Origin: a virus
Taxonomy: Duplodnaviria > Caudoviricetes
IMG/VR virus record: IMGVR_UViG_3300010401_000013
Location: 1 to 51,075 of that record
Strand: one strand, 5' to 3'
Length of the DNA: 51,075 nucleotides
The stretch's first letter is position 1. Each line of letters begins with the position of its first letter. The position numbers were made by a program, and so were the translations under genes. This document shows, piece after piece, positions 9,572 through 19,520 of this stretch. The notes under the pieces are model-generated. The model did not search any database and was not told the DNA's origin. It saw only the letters and a list, made by a program, of their open reading frames with translations.

Positions 9572-10550
9572 GTGATCGTCCTATCCATTTACTGCCACCG
9601 AAATCCATTGGTTTATCTTCGGAACCTTCTTGGTCAAAGTTGACCGCTGAGAAGTAATCTGAATACATCTTAGAGAAGTCATTCTTCTCTGTTTGTGAAA
9701 TTGAATTATTGGAGGTTCCACCAAGCACACCCCATATGATAACATTGTCATACTGGTTGTTACCTACCATGTCTGAAGGGAAAATAAGCGGCTGAAATCG
9801 TTGCTTATAGCAGCAGTCAACAGCGGTGGCTGGGTAAAGATAGACAATCGGGAAATCAAAAACCTGAACAATCATATAACGCGAGAACGTCTGATTGTTT
9901 GGAATTCGTGCAAGTTCCCTATCATTGGCGTCTGTGACTACTGCATCACCAACAGATGCTGACCTCACACGCAAGGTATTATCAGGATTCCAGACGAACT
10001 TCTGGATGGAGGCAATACCCTCGTTGGATATTGGATTGAGCGGAGAGAACTGGTTGGTTGTTAACTTAACCGTTTCTCCTGGAGCAAATACCAGTTCTTC
10101 CTCTACCTTACCTGCCAAATTTGTTGCACCATTAATGACCACCCTGACAGTATTGGTGTCGGGCTTTGTCAGGGTCACCGTCAACGGTGCCGTGCTTGCC
10201 ATGTTTCTCTCAAGAGGTCCAGTTCTTAGTATACGGAAGTTACAATAATCCGCTGCCGACCAGTTGGAATTATGGTATTTCGGACCCAATGACTGTTGGG
10301 AAATTCTAGCATTCCAGAGATAGACACGGAATCCGCGGGGAATACCCACATACCCAGGCAAAGTGACGCTGTTGGTGTCCAGACAATAATTGAATGTGAA
10401 CTCAAATAGATTCTTATCCAAGTCTACCTGATTATACGCATTCTCTGCCACTATGTTGATCTCGTCGACAAGCCAGTCATACATATCCGAATTGGTGACA
10501 TCCAGATTTAGCTTCTGGGCACACTTTCTATGAATGTATTCGAGGGACAT
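9495..10550 (-). CDS. Head-tail adaptor / tail tubular protein A-like
   Basis: 351 aa; helical N-terminus, YTLP-like motif (VTLPGY); directly upstream of the nozzle gene. Confidence 0.5.
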   Translation of the reverse strand: MSLEYIHRKCAQKLNLDVTNSDMYDWLVDEINIVAENAYNQVDLDKNLFEFTFNYCLDTNSVTLPGYVGIPRGFRVYLWNARISQQSLGPKYHNSNWSAADYCNFRILRTGPLERNMASTAPLTVTLTKPDTNTVRVVINGATNLAGKVEEELVFAPGETVKLTTNQFSPLNPISNEGIASIQKFVWNPDNTLRVRSASVGDAVVTDANDRELARIPNNQTFSRYMIVQVFDFPIVYLYPATAVDCCYKQRFQPLIFPSDMVGNNQYDNVIIWGVLGGTSNNSISQTEKNDFSKMYSDYFSAVNFDQEGSEDKPMDFGGSKWIGRSHGYDRRDSRAFRFQRWPQYFTGRQQ

Positions 10551-10555
10551 AAGAC

Positions 10556-11677
10556 TTACGGGAATTTAACTGCGTAACCTTTGATCCGCCAGTTTGCCGG
10601 TGTGATATTTCGCAAAGTTCCAGGAACTGCTCTATCATAAACTGTTGGGCCTCCGGCACCCTCAGACGTTAACCATGGAAAGGGTGCCAGTCCAATCAAA
10701 GTTGCATTTGCGTAAGCTGCCGGGGTGGTATAGTTGCTGTTCACCTGAAAGTTAACTGGAAAATTCACCTCGTCATTGGCCACATATCCGTATTCTGGGG
10801 TGACATTCACCAAGGTGAACCAAAATTGATCTGGCTGAACAGTCAGTCCATGGCTGAAGGTAACTACTGCATTATCTAAGACTGGAACAGCAGCATAACT
10901 TGGAACTGGAGTGCGATAGGTGTTGACCTGAGAAGATGCTGTAACCAATGTCACAGAACCATCCGCCCCAACAGCCAGTGTCTTGCCTGCATTGCCCGAT
11001 CCACCAGTAACTAGAGAAGCTAACGGAACGGTTTGACTTCCAAGAAGTGTGGCTAAGGTTACCCATTCGTTTCCTGTTCGTCCTGCGTTAGTTCTGAGAA
11101 TACTAAGGGCCGCTCCAAACTGAATAGACGATGGATTTACCACATTCGTCTGTAGATTTAACTCATCAACAATCGAAAATAGCTTCCACTCTAATACTCC
11201 AGTCCCGTTAACATACAAGAAAGTATTTGGGTCACCTGGAACTATTGCCGCAATCGCAAGTGACCCGTTAGGTATGATGCTTCCAGGAGCAACCAACTCG
11301 AAAGCTGTAGAGCCTCCATTAATCCGCAATACAAATCCGCCAGATGACGACGGGGCAAACAGCTTATTGATAGTGATGATGCCATTCGAAATTTGATCCG
11401 CAGAAGTAATTGCATCATCGCCCACAGCTTGCGCTGCCCAGGTTGCCGGAGCAGACACAAAATAATGAAATACTCCTGTATCGTCCATCCAAATAACATT
11501 CTCAAGAAATGCTTGAGGCCAGTCAACAGTGGATGGTGCGGCAGTAGATTTCAATACCAACCCCAATCCAATTCCTGTGTTAACCCCACCTTCCTGCACC
11601 ATCTGCAAGTATTGTGCGGCGGAAAGATTTGGTTGTCCTGTAGGGTCAAGACCGGCAAGAAAAAATTGAACAGGCAT
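10556..11677 (-). CDS. Tail fibre protein
   Basis: Repeated fibre units (GFVLRINGGSTAFELV, TFLYVNGTGVLEW, SILRTNAGRTGNEW); C-terminal FSHGLTVQP motif. Confidence 0.65.
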   Translation of the reverse strand: MPVQFFLAGLDPTGQPNLSAAQYLQMVQEGGVNTGIGLGLVLKSTAAPSTVDWPQAFLENVIWMDDTGVFHYFVSAPATWAAQAVGDDAITSADQISNGIITINKLFAPSSSGGFVLRINGGSTAFELVAPGSIIPNGSLAIAAIVPGDPNTFLYVNGTGVLEWKLFSIVDELNLQTNVVNPSSIQFGAALSILRTNAGRTGNEWVTLATLLGSQTVPLASLVTGGSGNAGKTLAVGADGSVTLVTASSQVNTYRTPVPSYAAVPVLDNAVVTFSHGLTVQPDQFWFTLVNVTPEYGYVANDEVNFPVNFQVNSNYTTPAAYANATLIGLAPFPWLTSEGAGGPTVYDRAVPGTLRNITPANWRIKGYAVKFP

Positions 11678-11683
11678 AGATAT

Positions 11684-12241
11684 TTAAACTCGTGGATTGT
11701 TAAAAATAGAAGGAATTGGGCAAGGGAGAGGTTCCCAAATGTTGGCGTTGGTTGTCACTCCATTATCCTCAGTGGGTGGATAGTAGGCGTTGATGATATC
11801 CAACAATTTTGAAGTCCTCAGAATCATAGGTGCAGCATTCAAGATTGTTGTGCTACCATTATTGATTGTCCAGACTTCAAAAACTACTCCAGCAGCAGGG
11901 AGTGTTTCTCCGGCATACAATGGATAATGTAACACCATTAAGTCACTTGACCAGATCAGGCGGCGATTGGGATTGTAAGGCGCGTCCGCTGAGGGCCACC
12001 TAACTGCAAGAACAAAGTTGTTCATTGCAAACTGGTTTGGGACAAACAAGTCGCTGATTGCCCAATTTTCCGAGAAGGTTACGTCAAATTCAAGCGCAAT
12101 ATATGATGCCCCAAGCCAATCAAAGCCATTTAACATGAACGCAGGAATAGTGACAGTTGCAAGTCCCTGTTGTGCAACCACTACAGGCTTGTAGTAGATC
12201 ATCAAACTCGACTGAAACAGTCCTATTCCTTGAGTGTTCAT
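11684..12241 (-). CDS. Hypothetical structural protein
   Basis: 185 aa beta-rich ORF in the tail region. Confidence 0.45.
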   Translation of the reverse strand: MNTQGIGLFQSSLMIYYKPVVVAQQGLATVTIPAFMLNGFDWLGASYIALEFDVTFSENWAISDLFVPNQFAMNNFVLAVRWPSADAPYNPNRRLIWSSDLMVLHYPLYAGETLPAAGVVFEVWTINNGSTTILNAAPMILRTSKLLDIINAYYPPTEDNGVTTNANIWEPLPCPIPSIFNNPRV

Positions 12242-12450
12242 TTCCCTTTAATTATCTCCTGCAACTCTGCATCATTTAACTTCCTGAGTATCTCCAGCAT
12301 CCGACTTGTTGGGACGAAATACCCATCATAAACATTTGTCGAGACACTATTCGCTGGCAAGTGTGTGACACGCTGGTCATCGCGGATTACTATTAGTTGC
12401 GTCTGGCAACTTACGCAAAGAATCGTCAAGCAACTCATTAACAGCAACAT
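12238..12450 (-). CDS. Lipoprotein, o-spanin (Rz1-like) candidate
   Basis: MLLLMSCLTILCVSC lipobox-like leader from ATG 12450; overlaps 12377..12586 in another frame. Confidence 0.55.
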   Translation of the reverse strand: MLLLMSCLTILCVSCQTQLIVIRDDQRVTHLPANSVSTNVYDGYFVPTSRMLEILRKLNDAELQEIIKGK

Positions 12451-12586
12451 CGTTGCCTGTGGTGAGAGCTTTGTTGATTGCTGCCTCTTTCGCGTCATGT
12501 GCAATTGTTGGATCATCCTTGTGGTTGTAATACCTGTAGATGAAGAAGGCAATGAGCGCAACAGCAGTTCCTATGGTTGCCCACAT
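12377..12586 (-). CDS. i-spanin (Rz-like) candidate
   Basis: N-terminal TM helix then a helical soluble domain; overlapped by the lipoprotein gene. Confidence 0.55.
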   Translation of the reverse strand: MWATIGTAVALIAFFIYRYYNHKDDPTIAHDAKEAAINKALTTGNDVAVNELLDDSLRKLPDATNSNPR

Positions 12587-13000
12587 TTATTTGGTGGTGA
12601 TAGTAGTTGTGACAGGTGCCGTTGTAGTAACAACACCGGTGCTTGCAGCTGAAGTCTTAACAAACGAGCGGGCAATCGTATAAATTGCTGCCAAGGTATC
12701 AATCGCCACAGCCTCAGCAACGGGCAAGGGATGCCCAAGTGCGTCAAGAACACCCTGCCCAAGAATCACCACAAGAATCAGAATCCATTCAGTAGTCGTT
12801 CGTCCAGCTTTGATGGTAGGAAGATCACGTTGAACAACCTGGATTGCCTGTGGAACTTCAGCCACAATTGCTGGAATGTCCTGTGCCACATTCTTGATTC
12901 CACCAGACTTGTAGTCCGAAATCGCCTTTTTTACAATCGCCTCAATCTTGGCTGTCTCGTCGCTCAACTCTTTAACTGCCGTTTGTGTTGCTTGATCCAT
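12587..13000 (-). CDS. Holin-like membrane protein
   Basis: Two C-terminal hydrophobic helices after GRTTTEW; adjacent to the spanin-like pair. Confidence 0.55.
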   Translation of the reverse strand: MDQATQTAVKELSDETAKIEAIVKKAISDYKSGGIKNVAQDIPAIVAEVPQAIQVVQRDLPTIKAGRTTTEWILILVVILGQGVLDALGHPLPVAEAVAIDTLAAIYTIARSFVKTSAASTGVVTTTAPVTTTITTK

Positions 13001-13016
13001 TTTATCGTCTTTCTAT

Positions 13017-13340
13017 TTACTTGGTTACGTGTGGTCCGAAATGTTCCAGCAGCTTGATACCAAGTTCTAAAGCAGCTATTATGCCACCACCTGCGTAGAT
13101 TATCCGTTCTGTCCTTTTAAATGCTGGAATCAAATCCTCGTTAATTACCTTCTGCATTTGTTTTGTTCCTTCTCGCAATCCCTGATTCTCATCTGTCCCA
13201 TAAACTGTAGCATTAAGTTTGTCAACATGTTCTTTCATGGTTTTCCGCTCAGCTTCAGCTAATTGAGTTTTGATTTCTAGGTCGTTGATGCGACCAGATA
13301 ATGCGTTAATCTCGTAGAATTGTTTCGTATCATCTTCCAT
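13017..13340 (-). CDS. Coiled-coil protein with C-terminal TM helix (lysis cassette)
   Basis: 107 aa; IIYAGGGIIAALELGI. Confidence 0.5.
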   Translation of the reverse strand: MEDDTKQFYEINALSGRINDLEIKTQLAEAERKTMKEHVDKLNATVYGTDENQGLREGTKQMQKVINEDLIPAFKRTERIIYAGGGIIAALELGIKLLEHFGPHVTK

Positions 13341-13341
13341 A

Positions 13342-13416
13342 TTATTTACGACTTGGAAGTTTCGCTGCGTTGAGGATTACGACCAGACAAATTGAAAATA
13401 GAACAGCGAGGATCAT
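13342..13416 (-). CDS. 24-aa hydrophobic micropeptide (not in ORF track)
   Basis: MILAVLFSICLVVILNAAKLPSRK fills the gap between 13423 and 13340. Confidence 0.4.
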   Translation of the reverse strand: MILAVLFSICLVVILNAAKLPSRK

Positions 13417-13422
13417 AGCTAC

Positions 13423-16400
13423 TCAATTCTCACCAACTATAAACCAATCATAGGTAGATGTGTCCGTAGCTGTTGCAGTTACTGTAAACTGTGATCCAGG
13501 AGTTACAGCATACGTTGGCATTAACGCTGGAGTTCCGCCAACAGTGCGAAGTGAAAAAAAGATATGGTCAGTAGCAGCAACTGTAGTATTACTAACTGTA
13601 GCGCCTCCTGCAACTAGCGTTACAGTTCCAAGTCTACAATTAGCTCCCGCTTTAAGATAGATACCCTTACCAAGTGATGCAAACTTCAAGTCAACAGCTG
13701 TTATGGTTACTTCATCACTTTTAACAGACAACTTAGTTGAACCAGTTCCAGCCGTCGATGTGGCAAAATCAAGCTGGCCATTTCGTGTTGATGCAGTAGA
13801 AGTCCAAGTGTTCTGCTGTTTGGCAGTTATAGAAGCCCCCAAAAAGACGGTAGAAGACGTAGTGGTAAAATTATACTGAGCAAGAATAGAACTAGGAGTT
13901 CCAGAATTGTCAGTATTTGCATATGACATCGCAGGAGAACTTGTGCCCGCATAAGACAACTGTAAACCTCCAGCTAGCCCCCAAGTTGAAGACCCGGCAA
14001 AGGGACCTGGACCAGCTCCTTGATAAAATAAACCATTGACAGGCGCCGCACTTAAATCTGCTCCAGTTCCACCTTTAGTTTCCGGAACAATACCTGTATA
14101 GGTTGTTGCCACGCTACCAGCAGAAGTTGTAACATCTCCGGTTAACGCCGGGAATCTAGCCGCTGCAAGTGTCCCTGTAACCTCACTGCTGCTCAAGTCT
14201 GTAGGACCATTCGTCAATAATCCACCAGAACCCCATCGAGTTGGGAAGTTAGTCCCACCACTATTCGTGAACGCATTAACTACTGTCACCCCTCCCGCAC
14301 TAATCCTAACCTGCGGAACTGTTGCTGGAGAAATTGTAATACTGCTACCCTCTATCGACAACGGAAAGTATGTTGAGTTACTTGCTGTAAGTATGTGTGC
14401 CGTGCCTGACTGGACATATTGTCCAAGGTAATGTTGGTTCGATGGAGGAGTTGCTCCACCTGTCACCCAGGTTCCAGGAACATAGAGGAAGGTTGCAGCA
14501 CCTCCATTACGAAAATCAAAGTTCAACGCCCGTGCCTGCATTGGCAACCAAGCAGAAGCTCCAAAATCTCGCGAATCCAAGAAACCAGTTCCACTTGCCA
14601 TGATCCAACTTGTTGCCTGTCCAAAAGTTGGAGCAACAGCAGCAGCGGGAAATGAATAAGTCGGAGGTGTCCAAAGTCCAGGACCATTAGTTAAGACCAT
14701 GACTCCTGTGTAGGTTGGAGCACTAGCAGTAGGAGCACCTCTAAACCAGACCATCCCGTCTGCCGCAGTGTCACCTCTCCAGCGTTGCACCCAAGACGCT
14801 TTTGAAGTGTCAACTAGACGATCCGAGAATGGATTGTAATTTTGTCGAAGCTCCAAAATACCGGCCGTCGACGAAACAAACGAATGCTGGCTATTAATCC
14901 AAGTGACATTGTTTGAGACCAACAATCCTGAAGTGGTATCAGGTGCAATATCAATCGCATTACCCCAAAGATTCAATTTCTTGTAGGTTGTTGCTGGGTC
15001 ATAAGCTAGAACATATCCTTGCGGGGCATTATATGCAAGAAATACTCCGGCTTTCGGGTAAACTAGTGGTCCACCAGTTGTGCCCACTCCGTTATCGAGG
15101 TTCAAGTATCCCTTAATAAAAGCATTTCCACCCACTCCCAAGCCGTAACCGTCTGGCATCGGAGTTCCACCAAGATTTATCGCCAATCCGCCAGGTCCTT
15201 GTGGATTTATAACCACCGGACCATTTGTCTTACCTACACCAGATTGTGAGAAGATTGTTACCGCCCCACGATTCGTGTCCCATCCTACAAACAAACCGTT
15301 AGTTCCAGTATCAGAATAGAATTTTGCTGTGCTGCTTGCTGGATTGACCGCAGAAGTTCCAATCACACGTTCTGGATTGATTATTCGGCAAGCATCAGCA
15401 ACCGCCTGCCCGATCAGAATCATGCCCGCCGCATTTGGATGCAAATGGTCACCGGAATCATACCCTGATTGTAGAGTGCTATAATAATAGGCATCCGTCA
15501 GAGCGTTTGCAGTGCCCACATAAGGATCAGCATCGACAAGAATTGAGTCTGTAGACAATGATCGCTGCTCAATAAATTGCTGGAGAGGCTTCTTATCAGT
15601 CGAAGTGCTTCCACTTGGAAACACTCGACACCAAATAATCTTAATTCCTGCTGTCGTCAATGCATTTGCAATGCTGGTTAGATTATTTGTTATTGTCCCA
15701 ATCGCCACCACACCATTTAAATCGTTAACTCCACCTTCCAAAAGCACAGCTTTAGGATGCAAGTTGATAACATCATTTGTCACCCTAGCCAACTCTAAAG
15801 TTGTCGTATTCCCAGGCACGCCCATATTCTGAAAGGTGATTCCACCGAGACGTTGGGCAGCATTGTAGGTAATCGTCAAGGCTGTATTAAATGGATTACT
15901 GCCGTTATTTGTAGTAAATGCGGTATTGGTAAAACCACCACTAATAATCGAATCCCCGAAGCCCACAATAGAAGGCGCTCGCATATAAGCCTCTAGCGGA
16001 AAAGCAAACCCACTCAACTGCGTCTGGGCATGCCAGTTATATCCGACTGTCCCTGGAGTGGAAGTCGTCACCCAAACACTGCCAGTTGGTGCTCCAGTGT
16101 AAGCAACGAAATTCTGCACAGTCGCCGTTGAATATTCAAATCGAAATCCTTGGTAGTCACCCTCTTGAACAGAGGTGATTGGAGTAGCAAGGTTCACCAA
16201 GTTGGTGACACCAGCAACAAGAGAGGGTAGAAAGTTGTCGCTTGTCCCAACCAAATCAAAGGTTCCCAAGGCGTTAGTCCTCCAAACTTTAGCATAAACT
16301 GCGGAGAGTCCAGTCAATACCGAAGCATAAACCCGCACCTGACTAATGGTTCCCGTCTGCCGGATGCGATAATAATGGACATCGGTAATTCCCTCATAAG

Positions 16401-16884
16401 CTGTCCCGCTTGTTGCCCCAAAATTAGCTGCTCCACCTATTGCCGGTTGGTAAGGAGCAACAATCACCAGATTCGTGTTCGGAGTAAAATCAATATTCGT
16501 GACAGTTCCTGTGAAAGTTACCGAACCATTGGTTGAGTTGGTGGTTGAACCTCCAATAATATTTGGATTAAACAGTGTGATGTTCGACATCCCAATATTG
16601 TTGATTGCCAGTTGCAATACCCAACGACCATTTGTAGCATTAGGGGGATACGGAGCATAGATGTTTGAGGCGTTAGTTGCTAACACTGACCCCCTGATAT
16701 AAGTGAACATCCCCTGCCCGCCATCATTCACGTTTGTTGTCCCAACCACGAAGACATTTGTCATCGTGTTATTCGGGGTTAGACTTAACAGATTTGTCAG
16801 TGTGTTGCCAGACAGGACTGTCCTATCTTGAGCAACTCCTATCAACCACAACAACAAACCAAAAATCACAAATAATTTTCTCAT
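13423..16884 (-). CDS. Tail spike/fibre-like protein with SGNH/GDSL esterase domain and N-terminal signal peptide
   Basis: SGNH blocks FGDSI, GVPG, GGVND, DHLHPN; N-terminal DGGQGMF...GRW spike module; MRKLFVIFGLLLWLIGVAQ leader. Confidence 0.75.
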   Translation of the reverse strand: MRKLFVIFGLLLWLIGVAQDRTVLSGNTLTNLLSLTPNNTMTNVFVVGTTNVNDGGQGMFTYIRGSVLATNASNIYAPYPPNATNGRWVLQLAINNIGMSNITLFNPNIIGGSTTNSTNGSVTFTGTVTNIDFTPNTNLVIVAPYQPAIGGAANFGATSGTAYEGITDVHYYRIRQTGTISQVRVYASVLTGLSAVYAKVWRTNALGTFDLVGTSDNFLPSLVAGVTNLVNLATPITSVQEGDYQGFRFEYSTATVQNFVAYTGAPTGSVWVTTSTPGTVGYNWHAQTQLSGFAFPLEAYMRAPSIVGFGDSIISGGFTNTAFTTNNGSNPFNTALTITYNAAQRLGGITFQNMGVPGNTTTLELARVTNDVINLHPKAVLLEGGVNDLNGVVAIGTITNNLTSIANALTTAGIKIIWCRVFPSGSTSTDKKPLQQFIEQRSLSTDSILVDADPYVGTANALTDAYYYSTLQSGYDSGDHLHPNAAGMILIGQAVADACRIINPERVIGTSAVNPASSTAKFYSDTGTNGLFVGWDTNRGAVTIFSQSGVGKTNGPVVINPQGPGGLAINLGGTPMPDGYGLGVGGNAFIKGYLNLDNGVGTTGGPLVYPKAGVFLAYNAPQGYVLAYDPATTYKKLNLWGNAIDIAPDTTSGLLVSNNVTWINSQHSFVSSTAGILELRQNYNPFSDRLVDTSKASWVQRWRGDTAADGMVWFRGAPTASAPTYTGVMVLTNGPGLWTPPTYSFPAAAVAPTFGQATSWIMASGTGFLDSRDFGASAWLPMQARALNFDFRNGGAATFLYVPGTWVTGGATPPSNQHYLGQYVQSGTAHILTASNSTYFPLSIEGSSITISPATVPQVRISAGGVTVVNAFTNSGGTNFPTRWGSGGLLTNGPTDLSSSEVTGTLAAARFPALTGDVTTSAGSVATTYTGIVPETKGGTGADLSAAPVNGLFYQGAGPGPFAGSSTWGLAGGLQLSYAGTSSPAMSYANTDNSGTPSSILAQYNFTTTSSTVFLGASITAKQQNTWTSTASTRNGQLDFATSTAGTGSTKLSVKSDEVTITAVDLKFASLGKGIYLKAGANCRLGTVTLVAGGATVSNTTVAATDHIFFSLRTVGGTPALMPTYAVTPGSQFTVTATATDTSTYDWFIVGEN

Positions 16885-17360
16885 AACATCTCAAAACGGC
16901 CAGCACCAGAAATATCATCAGGTTGAACGACATTAAAATCATCCGCTGTCTCCACACTAGACGGATTCCACAAGTAACGAAATCCTTGCCCGTCTCCTGG
17001 GGTAAGGTGATAAAGTGTTGTGTAAATAACTTTCTGAAAACGTCTTTCTGCCGTTACTGTTCTTAAGTCCGCCACACCATTATACGCTGGTGTTCCGACT
17101 TGAAGTTGGACAATTTGATCCTCAAGAAGTTGCAAAATCGCCACCAACCCACTCAAATCTATGGTGATAGTTCCAAATCCCCCAACCAATGCTTTCCGAA
17201 CCTGTTGCCAAATAGCCTCCTCTTTAACATTATACTGAGCAAGAGTAACCTCCTTTTGAATAACTCCCTGCGACAAAACCGCCCAATGCTCAGGCAATCC
17301 AGCAATATTGCCTGCCGTTACTGTAAACGTCCCAATATTGTTAAAATCTATGTCGGCCAT
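16881..17360 (-). CDS. Tail-spike N-terminal-like domain protein
   Basis: VADLR...GDGQGFRYLW...ADDFNVVQP...AGRF resembles the N-terminal module of 13423..16884; ATG at 17360. Confidence 0.55.
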   Translation of the reverse strand: MADIDFNNIGTFTVTAGNIAGLPEHWAVLSQGVIQKEVTLAQYNVKEEAIWQQVRKALVGGFGTITIDLSGLVAILQLLEDQIVQLQVGTPAYNGVADLRTVTAERRFQKVIYTTLYHLTPGDGQGFRYLWNPSSVETADDFNVVQPDDISGAGRFEML

Positions 17361-17363
17361 AAC

Positions 17364-17407
17364 AAAAAAAAAGTTTGGGTGATAGTTTGCTGTCCTACCA
17401 CCCAAAC
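17364..17407 (-). terminator. Rho-independent terminator after the capsid unit
   Basis: Minus strand GTTTGGGTGGTAG-9nt-CTATCACCCAAAC then T9. Confidence 0.85.
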
Positions 17408-17419
17408 CAACCTAACCGA

Positions 17420-17920
17420 TTAGAACGCCGGAGCGTAAGTCACGAAGATAGTCCCTGGAGCGGAACTGTAGACCGTGACACCAAGTGTGGTATAAGCACC
17501 AACCGATGCCCGACCCACAGGAAGCGTGGTTCCCATCGTCTGGATAACACTCAGAACTGGTGCCGCAGCCGTGGACACATCGTTGCTCGTCGCCACATTA
17601 CTGATGGCGTTGAAGAAGTTAGTGGTCACGATGCCAAGCGAGTTCGTATATACGTTGGTATAAACAATATTTGTCTCGCTGTAGCTGTAATACGCTGGAC
17701 GCACCAAGTTTGTGCTATTCGTCCGCGTGTCGTAGAGGAAGGATAGGTCGTTAGTGTTCGTTGCGGAGGTGCTAACGAACGACACACTCTGCAACCTATA
17801 CTGACCTTGCAAGATGTTGGTGATCGTCCCAGCGGGGATTGATTTCACCAACAGTGTTTGAGCTTGTGTGGCAGTTACTAGCACACACAATCCGATGATG
17901 TAACTAAGAAGTTTCTTCAT
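17420..17920 (-). CDS. Signal-peptide-bearing, TN-rich protein co-transcribed with the capsid gene
   Basis: MKKLLSYIIGLCVLVTATQA leader; lies between the capsid gene and the terminator. Confidence 0.6.
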   Translation of the reverse strand: MKKLLSYIIGLCVLVTATQAQTLLVKSIPAGTITNILQGQYRLQSVSFVSTSATNTNDLSFLYDTRTNSTNLVRPAYYSYSETNIVYTNVYTNSLGIVTTNFFNAISNVATSNDVSTAAAPVLSVIQTMGTTLPVGRASVGAYTTLGVTVYSSAPGTIFVTYAPAF

Positions 17921-17948
17921 ATTCTTTGTTCCTTGTTGTTAAGAACTG

Positions 17949-19355
17949 TTAACCGACCGCCGTGCCTTGAACCGTCACATTAGGCTCAGAAGCAAACGGA
18001 CCCTTCGTGCGACGATACAGAATCGGCGTCACCGAACGAAACTCAACTGGCAAGCAACCAAAAGTCGCCTCAGAGATGAGTTGCAAGTTGTGCTTGAACT
18101 GGTTGTTGTCGATGACTTTGCCAGCATCGTCCAACGACAGAACATTGTCAGTCATCAGAACTTCACCGTTCCAGTTCATCGCCCGAAGCTTCTCCGGCTC
18201 ATACTTCTTGGACCAAGGCCCTGGAGGCATTCCAACTTTCAAGCCACGATAACCAACTTCACCGGCAATGAAGCCAATCTCAAACTGTGCGACATTAGGG
18301 TCTTGTTGTGTGCCAGCAGGAAACCCGCGTGAATACAATGGATTAGGAATCGTCTCCTGGAAGTTCGGAGCATTCGGATTCATCTCAATCGTCTCAGGCT
18401 CGGGCCAAGTAATGGCAGGAGTATCATTCGTCGTCTTGATGTTGAACCTCAGAGGGAGAACATCGAACTGAACGGTAACGTCGTCGAACGGAGTTCCATG
18501 AAACTTCTGGCCAACAATGTCCAACTGGATAGGACGATTTTGCCGTAGGTAAGGATCAAACGTCCATTGCCGATAAGCACTCGCACCCATCGACAAGAGA
18601 TACTTGCCATCAGCCAACTTGTCACGCTTCGAGACTTCAGTTCCCTCGAACGGAGGAATCCGCAAGTCGTCAGAAAGGATGTTGCATACACGCTCAGTGT
18701 TAATCAAGTCCAAGGTTCCACCAGTCCCAGATGCTCCACGGTTACCAACACGCAAGGCCATGTTGATCCAGAAAGCGTCGTCTTTCGTTGGTGTCCCCGT
18801 TGCCGTTACATTAGTTCCAGGAAGAGGAATACCAACAGGAGCCTCAACTAGATAAGTTCCTTGAGTGTCGTCGCAGATGTAGATATATCGCGACCAGTAG
18901 AGGAACTGAGTGCGGTAGAAGAGTTCCCGAAACCGCATCACCTGATCATTGATGTCGTTCAGGGTATACTGAACGTGATCGTTGAAGAAGGTGGTAAAGT
19001 CTTGGTAAAAGTTGAATACCGGAGACTTAAACTGATGCCAGCAGACTTGCGCCTGAGTCGTTGTTTCACGCGTGGTGATATAATCAACGAGAGGCGTAAT
19101 CCCAATGACTTTCGGATTCGCAAACTGTCGCAAGTTCGGAGAAGGTTCCTTCCGAACAGATTTCATGATCGGACCCATGTTCTGCTGCCATGGGCGTTCA
19201 TTCACCATGTTCGAATAACACTGCCACATTTTGCCTTTGCGATACTGTTCCTGCGCAAAGTAAAACGGGAGAGAATTGTAGAGTGCTGTGTCCTGCTCTG
19301 ACCAGAGATTCGTAAGAGGATTCTGGTCAATAGAAGGAACTGCTAGAAGTGCCAT
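17949..19355 (-). CDS. Major capsid protein (putative)
   Basis: 468 aa; follows terminase-portal-scaffold; has its own promoter and a downstream terminator. Confidence 0.7.
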   Translation of the reverse strand: MALLAVPSIDQNPLTNLWSEQDTALYNSLPFYFAQEQYRKGKMWQCYSNMVNERPWQQNMGPIMKSVRKEPSPNLRQFANPKVIGITPLVDYITTRETTTQAQVCWHQFKSPVFNFYQDFTTFFNDHVQYTLNDINDQVMRFRELFYRTQFLYWSRYIYICDDTQGTYLVEAPVGIPLPGTNVTATGTPTKDDAFWINMALRVGNRGASGTGGTLDLINTERVCNILSDDLRIPPFEGTEVSKRDKLADGKYLLSMGASAYRQWTFDPYLRQNRPIQLDIVGQKFHGTPFDDVTVQFDVLPLRFNIKTTNDTPAITWPEPETIEMNPNAPNFQETIPNPLYSRGFPAGTQQDPNVAQFEIGFIAGEVGYRGLKVGMPPGPWSKKYEPEKLRAMNWNGEVLMTDNVLSLDDAGKVIDNNQFKHNLQLISEATFGCLPVEFRSVTPILYRRTKGPFASEPNVTVQGTAVG

Positions 19356-19503
19356 AAGTTCCTGAAAAGATTACTGACAGTTAAATTTACACTTTTTCCG
19401 CAAGTGTAAGTTAGCGGTTCCTGTAATCCCTCCTTGAAGGATGGCCTGAGAAGACTGGCCGCAAAATAGAAATCCTAGATAACTAAAATGCTAAAGCTAC
19501 CTA

Positions 19504-19520
19504 AGCATCAAGTATGCCAA
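19504..19520 (-). promoter_or_regulatory. sigma54 (-24/-12) promoter for the capsid unit
   Basis: TTGGCATACTTGATGCT (GG-N10-GC), intergenic, points at the capsid gene. Confidence 0.8.
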
